This document shows, one piece after another, positions 1 to 10,285 of a stretch of DNA of 64,000 bases. Under the pieces are notes generated by a model. That model did not search any database, was not told the origin of the DNA, and saw nothing but the letters and a program-made list of their open reading frames with translations. How positions within the stretch are numbered: position 1 is the stretch's first letter; each line of letters starts with the position of its first letter. The position numbers and the translations under genes were made by a program. This stretch comes from a virus, in IMG/VR virus record IMGVR_UViG_3300023440_000001, positions 72,295-136,294 of that record, one strand, 5' to 3'.

Positions 1-2
1 CC

Positions 3-509
3 CGGGAAAGTAAACGCAACATTCTGATCATGGAAGATGCGGACAGCTTTCTGTCAGCTGAAAACGTTAACTCGGCAGTGCTCAACTTTCTGGATGGTGT
101 TGACCAACCAGTAAATACGGCAGGTACTTATATTATTATGACCACCAATTATCCCCAAAAGATCGAGCCCCGTATTATTAAGCGACCAGGTCGTATCGAT
201 AAACCCTTTCAAGTTGGTGAGTTAACCGGTCAGTATGCGGTTAAATGTGCACGAATCTATCTGCCAGAAGATGTTGGCATAACTGATGCTGAGTTGGCCA
301 GTATCTTTAATGGCCATACGGGTGCTGAAATCCGGGAGATCATTCGTTCTAGTATTAGTTATGCGGTAAGCAATAATAAAGAACTGGGACCGGATGTACT
401 CCGACATACTCGTAAGATTCTCAAAGAAGATCTAAAAGACATCTACGAGTATGCGCAGGGAGATCTCTTTTCCAGTAAACGTCTGGGATTTCACGCTGAT
501 GATGATTGA
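3..509 (+). CDS. AAA+ ATPase, C-terminal part (5' end outside window)
   Basis: Walker B ILIMEDAD, LNFLDG, sensor TTNYP and arginine finger KRPGRID; frame open from the window start. Confidence 0.85.
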   Translation, partial: RESKRNILIMEDADSFLSAENVNSAVLNFLDGVDQPVNTAGTYIIMTTNYPQKIEPRIIKRPGRIDKPFQVGELTGQYAVKCARIYLPEDVGITDAELASIFNGHTGAEIREIIRSSISYAVSNNKELGPDVLRHTRKILKEDLKDIYEYAQGDLFSSKRLGFHADDD

Positions 510-859
510 TAACGGGGTGTATCATGAAAGTTATAGACTTATCGCAGGCCAGCCCCCGAATGAAGAGACTCTTTGATAGTCTCTTCTCCAGAAGAGACTT
601 TGTAGATCGGGATGGAAAGATCTATCCTATCCGGCTGAAAACGTCCCGTGGGAAACCACTCCGCCATTATAAGATTAAAGGTTACACAGTTATTGAGCAG
701 AATCCTAACACTCATACAGAGTTTGCACAGATGGCGAAAGAAGGATGGCGGATTATGTGGGTTATACCACCTTTATTATCCAGTGAAGACTGGATCTGTG
801 TTATTGAACGAACCAAACTTAAGGAGGGCATAGATGTCAGAACCCATTCAGACATATGA
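506..859 (+). CDS. hypothetical phage protein
   Basis: ORF packed between neighbours on the coding strand. Confidence 0.6.
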   Translation: MITGCIMKVIDLSQASPRMKRLFDSLFSRRDFVDRDGKIYPIRLKTSRGKPLRHYKIKGYTVIEQNPNTHTEFAQMAKEGWRIMWVIPPLLSSEDWICVIERTKLKEGIDVRTHSDI

Positions 860-1118
860 AGATCCTTTGAATGGCGCCATTAATGAGATTATTAGTGCCA
901 TGAGTGCTCTGCATATGTATCCTAGCCCCAATAAAGGCTTTGACTTCTCCAGTTATCAACAATCCATCTTTCTGTCAGAGATTGATAGCTGGGCAGCACA
1001 TTCTCTTGAGCATATGCATATGGCCATTCAGCTGATCAATCAGTATATAATGGAGCAGTATCGTATTCGGCTGAAGGAAAAGATTGATAGAGCCTTAGAT
1101 ATGGAGGAAGTAGAATGA
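834..1118 (+). CDS. hypothetical protein
   Basis: SD AAGGAGG upstream; stop overlaps next start. Confidence 0.65.
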   Translation: MSEPIQTYEDPLNGAINEIISAMSALHMYPSPNKGFDFSSYQQSIFLSEIDSWAAHSLEHMHMAIQLINQYIMEQYRIRLKEKIDRALDMEEVE

Positions 1119-1909
1119 TAGTAATTGGTATTAGTGGTAAAGCAGAGTCCGGAAAGGACACCTTTATGAAGCTGGTTATCGAGAAGTATGAAGAGATAAC
1201 CGGCAATAAGCTGGTATATGAACAAGTTCGTTTTGCTGACAAACTTAAAGAAGCAGCTGCTCTTATATTCGGATTGACATGGAATGAGATGGAGACACCG
1301 GAGGGGAAACGACAGAAGCTTTACCATTTCCCTGTGAGTCCCAATCCCCGTCCCGGTAGCTATCGAGATATATGGGGGTGGATTCGTTACTTCTGGAAAC
1401 GATTGCATGGTGTAAAAGACATTGAACGATATCTTACTCCCAGAGAGATATTGCAGCGCCTGGGAACAGATGTGGCTCGCAATATCTATCCCAACATCTG
1501 GGTCTGGAATGTTATGAAAACACTGGATCATCTGGCGAAGTTTGGTGTCAAAGACGCTCATCAGGTGGAAGGTAAAACGAACCGTCGATATGTAGATGTG
1601 GTCTTTGTTACGGATGTACGCTTTCCAAATGAACTAAAGGCTCTGAAAGAGTCCGGTGCTACAATGGTTCGTCTGGAACGACCCGGCCACGTAATTCCAC
1701 AACATAATCATCCATCGGAAACCGCTCTGGATAAGTACCTGGATCAGTTCAACTATGTATTTGCCTGCCGTGATATAGAAGAGCTGTCTGATGCGGCTCA
1801 TCGTTTTGCTCTGCAATTGGCCTCGGAACTGGATATAATTGTTGGTCTTGATATGCTCGGCTTTGATCTTGACAGTATTGTGACAGATAGAAGTCTATCT
1901 TCATTTTAA
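1115..1909 (+). CDS. deoxynucleoside monophosphate kinase (phage T4 gp1-like)
   Basis: IGISGKAESGKDT P-loop, FADKLK, PREILQRLGTD, TDVRFPNE, HPSE motifs. Confidence 0.9.
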   Translation: MIVIGISGKAESGKDTFMKLVIEKYEEITGNKLVYEQVRFADKLKEAAALIFGLTWNEMETPEGKRQKLYHFPVSPNPRPGSYRDIWGWIRYFWKRLHGVKDIERYLTPREILQRLGTDVARNIYPNIWVWNVMKTLDHLAKFGVKDAHQVEGKTNRRYVDVVFVTDVRFPNELKALKESGATMVRLERPGHVIPQHNHPSETALDKYLDQFNYVFACRDIEELSDAAHRFALQLASELDIIVGLDMLGFDLDSIVTDRSLSSF

Positions 1910-1919
1910 GATAACAGGA

Positions 1920-3635
1920 GTGTGGAAAATGAGAACCCTAACTGATGAAGATAAACAGCAAATGTGGGACCAGTTTGAAAGGTCTCTGAAGACAACGACC
2001 CGGTTAGGTATTAACTCAGATATTCCGCGAGTCTTTAGTCTATTCTCCAATCATCGACCAGAACTGGTGGATACAAGGCTGCTGCCATTTGAAGTCAACA
2101 ATTGTGTTATCACAAGTAATATCAACTGGGATGCATCACATAAGGTCTTTTGGCTGCCACTATTTACACTTAAGGATGCTTGTTTGTCCGGATTCATTTA
2201 TGAGTTTGAATACCCGCTGAGTGTTGTCTTCCTGTTCGAGTCTGGTCCCGATGGAGAGTGGAAGTTTATTGACAACTATGACTTTGATGGCGTACTGAGT
2301 AATAAAGAGATCGCCAGTGATATTGCGTCAATTGTACAGTATAGGTGTGAGTCAAATACAGGTTCAGTGCAGTTGCATAAGGCTTTTGATAATATGGTCT
2401 CCAGATATCTGAAGGTGTATATAGAGCCATATGTGGTTGAAGCTATAAGAAACAAGATGGGCCGCAGCATAGCTAGATCATGTCGAAAGTTAATAATGAA
2501 GACCCTGATGAACTATCGCAATTACTGGGGATATCGTGAGCTATTTCATCAACATGAAGCTCGATGGAAGGCAAATCCCAGACTATACCGAGAGCTCTAT
2601 AGTTGTTTGATTGGTATTGCTCCAACCGCCTTTGAACAGATTGCACAAAGTGGTCCTTCTTTCTATGCCTTCTATTTAGCTTACGATGTTATATGCGGAT
2701 ACGTTAAGAAGAGCCCATCGCCGCGATGGTGGAGAGTTCTCTCCAGACGTATAAAGTCTACTGACTATAAGTATCTACTTTCTAATCGTGCTTCATTGGG
2801 AAGTATTTATGTGTGTGAGGGGAATGGATATTATGAACTGATATCCGATAAGAAGCTGAAAGACATCCTGAATGTTAGTGCTTCTGATCGTTATCGAATG
2901 ACGTTTGTTCTTTATCGTACCTTACATGACTATTCTCTATTGAAAAGAGTAACCCTGAAGGAAGAATCACTGGCGAGAGTGTCTCGATATGCTCGCTCAC
3001 TATTTCGTATTCGCGCTCGTTACTATAGAGTCTGGGAATATGTTGATCATTACTTGAGAGACACTCAGTCTATTGTTCAGTCTTTAATTGATAGCAAGGG
3101 AAGTGTTACTGCTGACAAAGATGTTCATGTTCTGATTAAGGAGGTATTGCAGTTATTTGGTGAGTTGATAGCTTCATCGTCCTTACTGACTCGTCTACGT
3201 CTGGCAGCACGAATACATCATATTCATCGTGAGATACAGCTGAAAACTAACCCAGTACCGGAACGTCCTATGTTCCCATTGATTCCAGCCCTGGAGTCTC
3301 TACGGGAGTACTGGTTACCCACTACAACTCATCTGGTTGAACGTGGCATGGATTATAATCACTGTCTGGCAACGTTTATAGATACAGCCGATAAACCCTA
3401 CTGGTATTTTGATTATAAGACCGCAGTCGCTCAGGTGGAATATGATGAGAAAACCGAGAAGCTGGTTCTTGTTCAATGCCATGGCCCCGGTAATAGAGAG
3501 ACCCACGAATCAAGAAAGCTGTCTCAAATGATTCGTAGTCTGATTCGTCGAGCAGGTAAAGTAACTGACCAGATTATCGAAGCAAGCGAGTGTCTCAATG
3601 ATAGTAATGATATTCAATTAAAGAAGGTTGGATAA
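1920..3635 (+). CDS. PcfJ-domain-like protein
   Basis: C-terminal LVERGMDYNHCLATF...QCHGPGN resembles the PcfJ L..EG..M.HCV..Y / Q..G..N signature. Confidence 0.6.
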   Translation: MWKMRTLTDEDKQQMWDQFERSLKTTTRLGINSDIPRVFSLFSNHRPELVDTRLLPFEVNNCVITSNINWDASHKVFWLPLFTLKDACLSGFIYEFEYPLSVVFLFESGPDGEWKFIDNYDFDGVLSNKEIASDIASIVQYRCESNTGSVQLHKAFDNMVSRYLKVYIEPYVVEAIRNKMGRSIARSCRKLIMKTLMNYRNYWGYRELFHQHEARWKANPRLYRELYSCLIGIAPTAFEQIAQSGPSFYAFYLAYDVICGYVKKSPSPRWWRVLSRRIKSTDYKYLLSNRASLGSIYVCEGNGYYELISDKKLKDILNVSASDRYRMTFVLYRTLHDYSLLKRVTLKEESLARVSRYARSLFRIRARYYRVWEYVDHYLRDTQSIVQSLIDSKGSVTADKDVHVLIKEVLQLFGELIASSSLLTRLRLAARIHHIHREIQLKTNPVPERPMFPLIPALESLREYWLPTTTHLVERGMDYNHCLATFIDTADKPYWYFDYKTAVAQVEYDEKTEKLVLVQCHGPGNRETHESRKLSQMIRSLIRRAGKVTDQIIEASECLNDSNDIQLKKVG

Positions 3636-3654
3636 GTCCAACGGAGGGTAAGAG

Positions 3655-4773
3655 ATGTTAAAGGTTCAAGAGTTCTTGAGTGAAAACAGTCTGGATGACT
3701 TAAAGGAACGTTATGCGATCAAGATTAAACGTCATCCCTACTTCCAGAATCTGGTTCACTTTTCTTATGATATGCTGAATTCGCCCCTGGGTGAACCCAT
3801 TGTTCAGGAATGTCGTGGTCTGATTCTTGATCAGGATGATAACTGGAAGGTAGTGGCATTTCCATATAGGAAGTTCTTCAATTATGGTGAACCACATGCC
3901 GCTCAGATTGACTGGAACAGTGCCCAGGTATTTGAGAAACTGGATGGTACGCTGATCATACTGTATAAGTACGATGGTGTATGGCATGTGGCAACCACTG
4001 GCACACCTGACGCAGGTACCAATGTAAACGGATTTGGCTTCAGCTTTAGTGATCTGTTCTGGAGAGTATGGGATGGGTATCGATACCCGCTTCCGGAAGG
4101 AATGGATGATTATACGTTCATGTTTGAGTTGATGACACCCTATAATCAGGTTGTAGTTCGTCAAAATGGAAATCGTATTGTTCTACATGGAATGCGAAAT
4201 AACCATACCCTGGAAGAAGAGAATCCCCGTCTGGCAGCGGCACTATTCAGATATGAATGTGTTCGCTCGTTCGACTTCCATTCCATAGATGAAGTTGTTG
4301 CCGCTGCGGAAGAACTGGACTTTCAGAAGCAGGAAGGCTTTGTGATAGTCGATGCCTATTATAATCGCTTGAAGGTGAAGAACCCCAAGTATGTCTTCTA
4401 TCATCACATCAAGTCCAGTTTCTCTATAAAGAAGGCTGTGGACATTATCCGTAAGGGTGAGTCAGCGGAGTTCATTTCCTACTTTCCGGAGCTGGCGGAA
4501 ATGGTGCATCGAATTGAGCAACGCTATGATGAACTAGTTCATCGAGCTAACGGCCTTTATGAGCTCTATAAAGACATTGAATCCGACAAAGAGTTTGCCC
4601 GGTATGCTCTACAACATGATGTTGCTCACGTTCTGTTTGCACTTCGACATGGTAAGGCGCGCTCCCCTCAAGAGTTCTTAAAACACGTTCATATGGATGC
4701 TATTATGCGCCTTCTTCAGGTCCAGGACCTCGAAAGTCAACTGCTTAATTTAAACACGGAGGATCTATCTTGA
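3655..4773 (+). CDS. RNA ligase, T4 Rnl1 (RnlA) family
   Basis: ECRGLI, KFFN, adenylation motif EKLDGT, FMFE, EGFVI, KVKN; adjacent to PNK. Confidence 0.9.
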   Translation: MLKVQEFLSENSLDDLKERYAIKIKRHPYFQNLVHFSYDMLNSPLGEPIVQECRGLILDQDDNWKVVAFPYRKFFNYGEPHAAQIDWNSAQVFEKLDGTLIILYKYDGVWHVATTGTPDAGTNVNGFGFSFSDLFWRVWDGYRYPLPEGMDDYTFMFELMTPYNQVVVRQNGNRIVLHGMRNNHTLEEENPRLAAALFRYECVRSFDFHSIDEVVAAAEELDFQKQEGFVIVDAYYNRLKVKNPKYVFYHHIKSSFSIKKAVDIIRKGESAEFISYFPELAEMVHRIEQRYDELVHRANGLYELYKDIESDKEFARYALQHDVAHVLFALRHGKARSPQEFLKHVHMDAIMRLLQVQDLESQLLNLNTEDLS

Positions 4774-5645
4774 ATCTGTCCAAAGTCATTCTCATGCTAA
4801 AAGGTTTACCAGCATCTGGTAAATCTACCTGGGCTAAAGAGCAAATAGATGAGCATCCCGGTCGATTCAAACGGGTCAACAAAGATGATCTGCGGGCAAT
4901 GCTGGATAACTCCCGCTGGTCAAGGGCTAATGAGAAGTTCGTTCTGAAGGTGCGCGACTTTATCGTCTCTCAGGCGTTGGAAGATGGATATTCGGTTATT
5001 GTTGACGATACCAATCTCCATCCCAGACATGAGATCCGCCTGAAGGAGATTGCTCGTGAAAAGAAGGCTGATTTCGAAGTCAAGGAGTTTACGGATGTTC
5101 CTATTGAAGAGTGTATCAAGCGAGATCTGAAACGTCCTAACTCGGTTGGTCCGGATGTCATTCGACAAATGGCTCGACAGTTCAACTTGTTACAAAAGCG
5201 ACCGGTACCGGAGCATATCCCGGATCTTCCTACGGCAATAATCTGTGATCTGGACGGAACACTGGCTCTACTAAATGGTCGCAATCCTTATGACGCTTCT
5301 GACTGTGTGAACGACCTGTTAAACAGGCCAGTGGCTCAGCTGCTTAAAACCATTTGCAGAAGCCGTCCGGAAGTAAAGATCCTTCTGGTTTCAGGTCGTG
5401 AACAGAAGTATATGCATCAGACCTGGGACTGGTTAGAAAAGCATGATATTCCCTATGATTACTTGTTCATGCGTTGTACGGGTGATACTCGTAAGGACGC
5501 GATCATTAAACGAGAGATCTATGATTACTATATACGGAATCAGTTTAATGTCTGGTTTGTACTGGATGATCGCCGTCAAGTAGTTGAGATGTGGCGCGAC
5601 GAACTGGGTCTCCCGGTCTTTCAGGTAGACTGGGGTGAGTTCTAA
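4770..5645 (+). CDS. pseT: polynucleotide 5'-kinase/3'-phosphatase (T4 PseT-like)
   Basis: GLPASGKST P-loop and DDLR in kinase domain; HAD phosphatase DLDGTL, SGR, LDDR. Confidence 0.92.
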   Translation: MNLSKVILMLKGLPASGKSTWAKEQIDEHPGRFKRVNKDDLRAMLDNSRWSRANEKFVLKVRDFIVSQALEDGYSVIVDDTNLHPRHEIRLKEIAREKKADFEVKEFTDVPIEECIKRDLKRPNSVGPDVIRQMARQFNLLQKRPVPEHIPDLPTAIICDLDGTLALLNGRNPYDASDCVNDLLNRPVAQLLKTICRSRPEVKILLVSGREQKYMHQTWDWLEKHDIPYDYLFMRCTGDTRKDAIIKREIYDYYIRNQFNVWFVLDDRRQVVEMWRDELGLPVFQVDWGEF

Positions 5646-5750
5646 CTCATTATACAGAAGTAATGATTTGGAGGATTGTGTTGAAGAAAGGGTATACGTT
5701 GATTCAGTGGATCCGAAAGAGATATCATAATACTAGAGGAGGAATGTTGT

Positions 5751-5978
5751 ATGAAAGCTATACTGGAGTTTGATCTACCAGATGATCAGGATCAATTTAA
5801 TGTAGCCAGTCGAGCTATGAATTGGGCTCTGGTGGTATGGGCGCTAGATGGCTACCTGCGAGATCGTATTAAGTATACGGAACTACCAGAAATAGTATTA
5901 GATGCTCTCGAAGATGTTCGTGATCACTTATTTGATCTAATGAGTGACTATGGTGTTACCTTTGATGACTTTCATTGA
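5751..5978 (+). CDS. hypothetical phage protein
   Basis: SD GAGGAGG; MKAILEFDLPDD start typical of a widespread small phage family. Confidence 0.7.
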   Translation: MKAILEFDLPDDQDQFNVASRAMNWALVVWALDGYLRDRIKYTELPEIVLDALEDVRDHLFDLMSDYGVTFDDFH

Positions 5979-5999
5979 TGACTATAGGAGTAAACTGCT

Positions 6000-6716
6000 A
6001 TGTATTCTATTGTCAATGGAACATATTGTTATATCTGTCAAAAGGACTTCACCGAACATGTTATATCTCTGGGTCCGGACTTCATGGGATTCCATGAAAT
6101 GATGCATATGAAGCACATGGCCCGGATTCTGTATCGGCTGGATCGGTTAAATAGAGATATTGCAGAATGTGCTAATTGCTCACTGTGCAAAGATCGGAAC
6201 TCGGTTGTTCCTGGTTCCGGCAATATCTACCGTCCAGACATTATGTTCATCGGTGAAGCGCCCGGTCAGGATGAAGATGAAACCGGCATCCCCTTTGTCG
6301 GTCGGGCCGGTAAGCTGCTGACTAAGATGATCAGGGCACTGGGTTATGAACGACACGAAGTGTTTATTACTAACGTCGTTAAATGTCGCCCGCCTAATAA
6401 CAGGGATCCTCGACCGGAAGAGCGGCTCAGCTGCTCAATATTCCTGGAGACGCAGATATCCCTCATTCAGCCATATGTAATTGTCACTCTGGGATTGCCG
6501 GCGGCAAAGGCCATTATTGGACTGCCGGAAGAGACCCGGATGGGTGACGTACGTGGTAAGCTATATGACTATGCAGAAACGCCGGTTATTCCTACTTATC
6601 ACCCGGCATATCTACTGCGTAACCCTGGTGCAAAGAAGACTGTCTGGAATGATCTACAGACAGCTATGGAACAGATTAAGATTGCCAAAGGAGAATCCAA
6701 TGGAAGCAACTATTAA
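6000..6716 (+). CDS. uracil-DNA glycosylase, family 4 (Fe-S)
   Basis: CxxCxL, GEAPG, PFVGRAG, TNVVKCRPPNNRDP, TYHPAYLL. Confidence 0.95.
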   Translation: MYSIVNGTYCYICQKDFTEHVISLGPDFMGFHEMMHMKHMARILYRLDRLNRDIAECANCSLCKDRNSVVPGSGNIYRPDIMFIGEAPGQDEDETGIPFVGRAGKLLTKMIRALGYERHEVFITNVVKCRPPNNRDPRPEERLSCSIFLETQISLIQPYVIVTLGLPAAKAIIGLPEETRMGDVRGKLYDYAETPVIPTYHPAYLLRNPGAKKTVWNDLQTAMEQIKIAKGESNGSNY

Positions 6717-7272
6717 GATCAATCTGAACCTGGTTCAGTGTGAATCACTGGAACAGGCCAGAGCGCTGATAAATGAGTTTGTACGGGTTATTAGTGATGT
6801 TGAAGTTCACTCTGTTAAGGATGGTGTGTTAAGCATGTACGGAGCGGAACTTGTCGAAGTCTCGGATAAGCTGGATGTTCTGTTAAATAACGACATGTCC
6901 GAAGTGTATAAAGATGCATTAATTCGTATACACGATCTGGCTCTGGGTTATGATGGTGCGACAACAAAGGAAGCACTGGAGCATCTGATTGATGAACTGC
7001 GTATGTTATCGATTCTGGCCTATAACGAAGTCGATCTGCGAGTTTTGTTTCATAGCTTGACCGAGGATGAACGCAAGGAGTTTAATCGGCTTTATGAACA
7101 TGCTAAACGGGTAGGCAGAATAGAGTCAGTTGATGACTATTACTATTTATTAACCTGGTTTGTCAAGCAGAAGCGTCCTAATCTGTGGATCCGTCCCTAT
7201 CTATTAGAAGTATTGGAACGAGATTATGGCGACCTGATTAATGAAGCTTTCTTGCAGGAGGATCAAGTATGA
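6700..7272 (+). CDS. hypothetical protein
   Basis: ATG at 6700 with SD AAGGAG (track ORF is over-extended to 6481). Confidence 0.65.
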   Translation: MEATIKINLNLVQCESLEQARALINEFVRVISDVEVHSVKDGVLSMYGAELVEVSDKLDVLLNNDMSEVYKDALIRIHDLALGYDGATTKEALEHLIDELRMLSILAYNEVDLRVLFHSLTEDERKEFNRLYEHAKRVGRIESVDDYYYLLTWFVKQKRPNLWIRPYLLEVLERDYGDLINEAFLQEDQV

Positions 7273-7360
7273 AGACATTAAGTATATCCGTTTCCATCTA
7301 AACGGATCGAAGCAGTGCTTGAAAAGGTTGAAGAGCGATTTAGTGAATAAATAAGGAGAT

Positions 7361-7930
7361 ATGTATATGAGCTATAAATGGATCGTCGTTGAAAAGATGC
7401 GCCGTGGTGCCAAACAGCTGATAGATGAAGTATTTGAGACCCGCGGGGATGCAGAGCTTGCCCTGCGTAACCTGAAGGATCCGTCAAAAGCCCGTATTAA
7501 ACGGATTACCGATTCAGCTGAAGCCGGTGATGCTACTACATATAATGATATAGACGCTGCTGGCGCAGTTAGGTCTATTGGCAGAACCCCGGCTTGTAAT
7601 AACTGCTGGTGGAATCTGTTGATTCAATTCCCCAGGGATGATGGCAATCACCAGGCAGCTTTGATTGCCTGCGAATACTGTACTAAGGAAACTCCACGTG
7701 GTAGGGGTAAGAAACGACTGCCGGCATTCAGCAATTTCAACCCGATTACCAACCTTCGCATCTACAAATGGACGGTTGAAGTTCTTCAGGCAATCCAAGA
7801 GAAGGTTACCGGGAAGCGCAAAACGTATATTCCCAAATCAACACCTAAACCCAGTAAAGTATCCAGCGATGATAGCCTTCTGCTGGATGTCTTTGAGAAG
7901 AGTAAGGAAGAGTTAATCAAAGAACTGTGA
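7361..7930 (+). CDS. hypothetical protein with CxxC...CxxC zinc site
   Basis: CNNC and CEYC pairs; SD TAAGGAG. Confidence 0.65.
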   Translation: MYMSYKWIVVEKMRRGAKQLIDEVFETRGDAELALRNLKDPSKARIKRITDSAEAGDATTYNDIDAAGAVRSIGRTPACNNCWWNLLIQFPRDDGNHQAALIACEYCTKETPRGRGKKRLPAFSNFNPITNLRIYKWTVEVLQAIQEKVTGKRKTYIPKSTPKPSKVSSDDSLLLDVFEKSKEELIKEL

Positions 7931-7938
7931 GGTCTTAT

Positions 7939-8592
7939 ATGAACAGCCCGCTTGTTTATATCATTCATCCTGTTACTAACGTTACACCGGAGAAACGCGC
8001 CCGTGCCCTGGAGCTGGCCACTCTACTGGAAGAAGTTGGCGCTCAGGTGTACCTGCCGGGTAGAGATACCGATCAGGGGCAGGCTCCGGCTGATATTGTT
8101 AAAGCCAATCTGGGTGCCATTCTGGGAGCCAGCATGATCTTTGTCATCTTTGATGAACACTCCAAGGGTGGCTTCTTCGACCTGGGTGCCGCCATGCTAA
8201 CCCGGACACCTATCTATGGAATTGCCAGTGATCGGAAATGGGATGGTCAGGACTTTTACCGTCAGCTGGTTAATCATATGTTTGCCAGTATGGATGAGTT
8301 AAAGGCTACTCTAAAAGATGAGAACAGTGAGATACGACAAAGACTGCAACGATATATGAGTGATAACTCCAACCTGTCGGTCTTTGACTATTATGAGTTT
8401 ATGGATCGTCTTTCCCTTCTGATTGATCGAGTGGACGATGATCTGCTCTGTCATCAGGTGTGTGTATATCATTCGTCATTGGCACAGTTGCTCAACTTTC
8501 AGTTGCAGCTAATGGAGATATCCTATCAGCGTGCCGGACATTTGTTTAGTGAAGCCTACAGGAGAATGAAAGATGAAAGAAGTAAAGGGTGA
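7939..8592 (+). CDS. nucleoside 2-deoxyribosyltransferase-like protein with C-terminal extension
   Basis: VYIIHP, VYLP, N..AI, SKGGFFDLGAA match the NDT pattern; usual catalytic Glu appears as Asp. Confidence 0.7.
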   Translation: MNSPLVYIIHPVTNVTPEKRARALELATLLEEVGAQVYLPGRDTDQGQAPADIVKANLGAILGASMIFVIFDEHSKGGFFDLGAAMLTRTPIYGIASDRKWDGQDFYRQLVNHMFASMDELKATLKDENSEIRQRLQRYMSDNSNLSVFDYYEFMDRLSLLIDRVDDDLLCHQVCVYHSSLAQLLNFQLQLMEISYQRAGHLFSEAYRRMKDERSKG

Positions 8593-9004
8593 TATCTGGA
8601 AACGATCCGGAGATGTGCGCGTTATTACCACCAATGGTTATGTTAAGCGTAACGGTGAAGCTGTTATGGGTCGCGGTGTTGCATTGCAAGCGGCCCGAAG
8701 ATACCAGTGGTTACCAAAGGCACTGGGTGAGAAGCTGCTAGAAGAAGGTAACCATGTCCATCTATTTAATACTCCCCATGGCGCTCTGGTTACCTATCCG
8801 GTTAAGTATAACTGGTGGCAAGCAGCTGATCCGGAACTAATTGAACGATCAGCAAAAGAGTTGATTGTACTTACCAATGAACAGGGATGGCAACAGGTAT
8901 TAATGGTCCGTCCAGGCTGCGGTAATGGGCAGCTGACCTGGGATGTAGTTAAACCCATCCTTGTTCCCCTTCTGGATGACCGCTTTATCATAGTCGAAAG
9001 GTAA
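8573..9004 (+). CDS. Macro domain protein (ADP-ribose binding/hydrolysis)
   Basis: GDIW, TTNG...AVMGRGVA, PVKYNW, RPGCGNGQLTW. Confidence 0.88.
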   Translation: MKEVKGDIWKRSGDVRVITTNGYVKRNGEAVMGRGVALQAARRYQWLPKALGEKLLEEGNHVHLFNTPHGALVTYPVKYNWWQAADPELIERSAKELIVLTNEQGWQQVLMVRPGCGNGQLTWDVVKPILVPLLDDRFIIVER

Positions 9005-9009
9005 GGGTT

Positions 9010-9198
9010 ATGAGTCTACCACAATGGCTAAAGGATAAGGTTCACATCAAAGTTGATAATAATGATCAGATTTCACTCGATGAACTCAAAAGCTTTGTCG
9101 AACGGGTTCAACGTTGTACCGTCTACCGGCGGGATCAGGATAGTATTATCGCCCATGCTATCCGTCAGCTGGTAGGTGATAATACAATTAACAATTAA
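9010..9198 (+). CDS. small hypothetical protein
   Basis: fills gap on coding strand, SD-like AAGGG. Confidence 0.5.
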   Translation: MSLPQWLKDKVHIKVDNNDQISLDELKSFVERVQRCTVYRRDQDSIIAHAIRQLVGDNTINN

Positions 9199-9211
9199 GT
9201 GATATGGAGGA

Positions 9212-9847
9212 ATGACCATGCATTCTTTATATCTGTTTATACTGGATGATATCAAGAAGGACAGCAGCGCGAAAGATATATCTGCTCGCTTTGAAGAGCT
9301 GTATGTAGATGATTATTGTGACGAGAACAACTGGTATCAGGAAGAAGTGTTTGTGCACCGGGATGGTACTGTTGTTCCTATGTGCCCGGCTGACGATTAC
9401 CGTGGTCGTGATACTTTTGCCAGGGAGCTGGAATCAATGAAACCGGATGAGCGTATCCCATATTTGCTCACCCTGGCCATGAAAATGACCGCTGGTGACA
9501 TAGGTCTCTTTAATGCTTCCAATTTGTCTCTGGTTGAGAATGAAGGAGATCGTAAGATCAACTCTCTCAGTCGAGCTGAGTTGATCAAGATCGTTGAAGA
9601 TAACCATGAAGTGCTGATCATTGCCCCTATGAAAGATGATAGTATTCCCGGGTTCCTGCGGTTCTGGAGAACAAAGAAGAACGTCGGCATCATCGAAGCA
9701 TTCATGGATTCCAATATTAAACCGTTTGGTATTTATCCTACCACACCTTACGATGGCCCCCGCTGTTTCGATCTTCGAAGCGATCCGAAAGTTGCGGATC
9801 AGATTTCCGAAGGTGAAGGCATTCTGGCCGTCGATATTCATACTTAA
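9212..9847 (+). CDS. hypothetical protein
   Basis: SD GGAGG; ends in VDIHT, a common phage C-terminal motif. Confidence 0.7.
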   Translation: MTMHSLYLFILDDIKKDSSAKDISARFEELYVDDYCDENNWYQEEVFVHRDGTVVPMCPADDYRGRDTFARELESMKPDERIPYLLTLAMKMTAGDIGLFNASNLSLVENEGDRKINSLSRAELIKIVEDNHEVLIIAPMKDDSIPGFLRFWRTKKNVGIIEAFMDSNIKPFGIYPTTPYDGPRCFDLRSDPKVADQISEGEGILAVDIHT

Positions 9848-9861
9848 TCGGAGGAACTCCC

Positions 9862-10191
9862 ATGTTTACTATATGCTGGCAAGAACTATCTGAAGTAAAC
9901 GGTAAGGATGTATTTGTTGATCATTGGGAAAGATATGAAGATCTGGATTCCGTTAAGCAACTGATCGAGGATCTGGAAGAGAGAGGACTTGACCCGGACT
10001 TTGATATACTGATCCTGGCACCTGATAGTGAACTTTCTGTCGAAGATATCCGCGCTCTGGAAATCGGTCGTGCCATTATGGAGGAGGCGGACTTCCTGGA
10101 TATCAACCTGATGGAAGGTCAAATTGAACACCAACTGGGTTCCATCTATGTAAATGATGTCTATATTTCAATCCTACCTGTAGAAGGATAG
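9862..10191 (+). CDS. acidic hypothetical protein
   Basis: SD GGAGG. Confidence 0.65.
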   Translation: MFTICWQELSEVNGKDVFVDHWERYEDLDSVKQLIEDLEERGLDPDFDILILAPDSELSVEDIRALEIGRAIMEEADFLDINLMEGQIEHQLGSIYVNDVYISILPVEG

Positions 10192-10194
10192 GGA

Positions 10195-10259
10195 GTGACT
10201 GTCAGTCTACACTGTTGCTGTTCATTCACTCCCTACACCCAATAGCATTTCACTATATT
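10195..10259 (+). promoter_or_regulatory. conserved phage intergenic element, copy 1
   Basis: GTGACTGTCAGTCTAC, 14 nt, TTCACTCCCT (10225), TATATT (10254-10259). Confidence 0.8.
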
Positions 10260-10285
10260 CAGCCTGAATGATGGGGGTAAACTGA

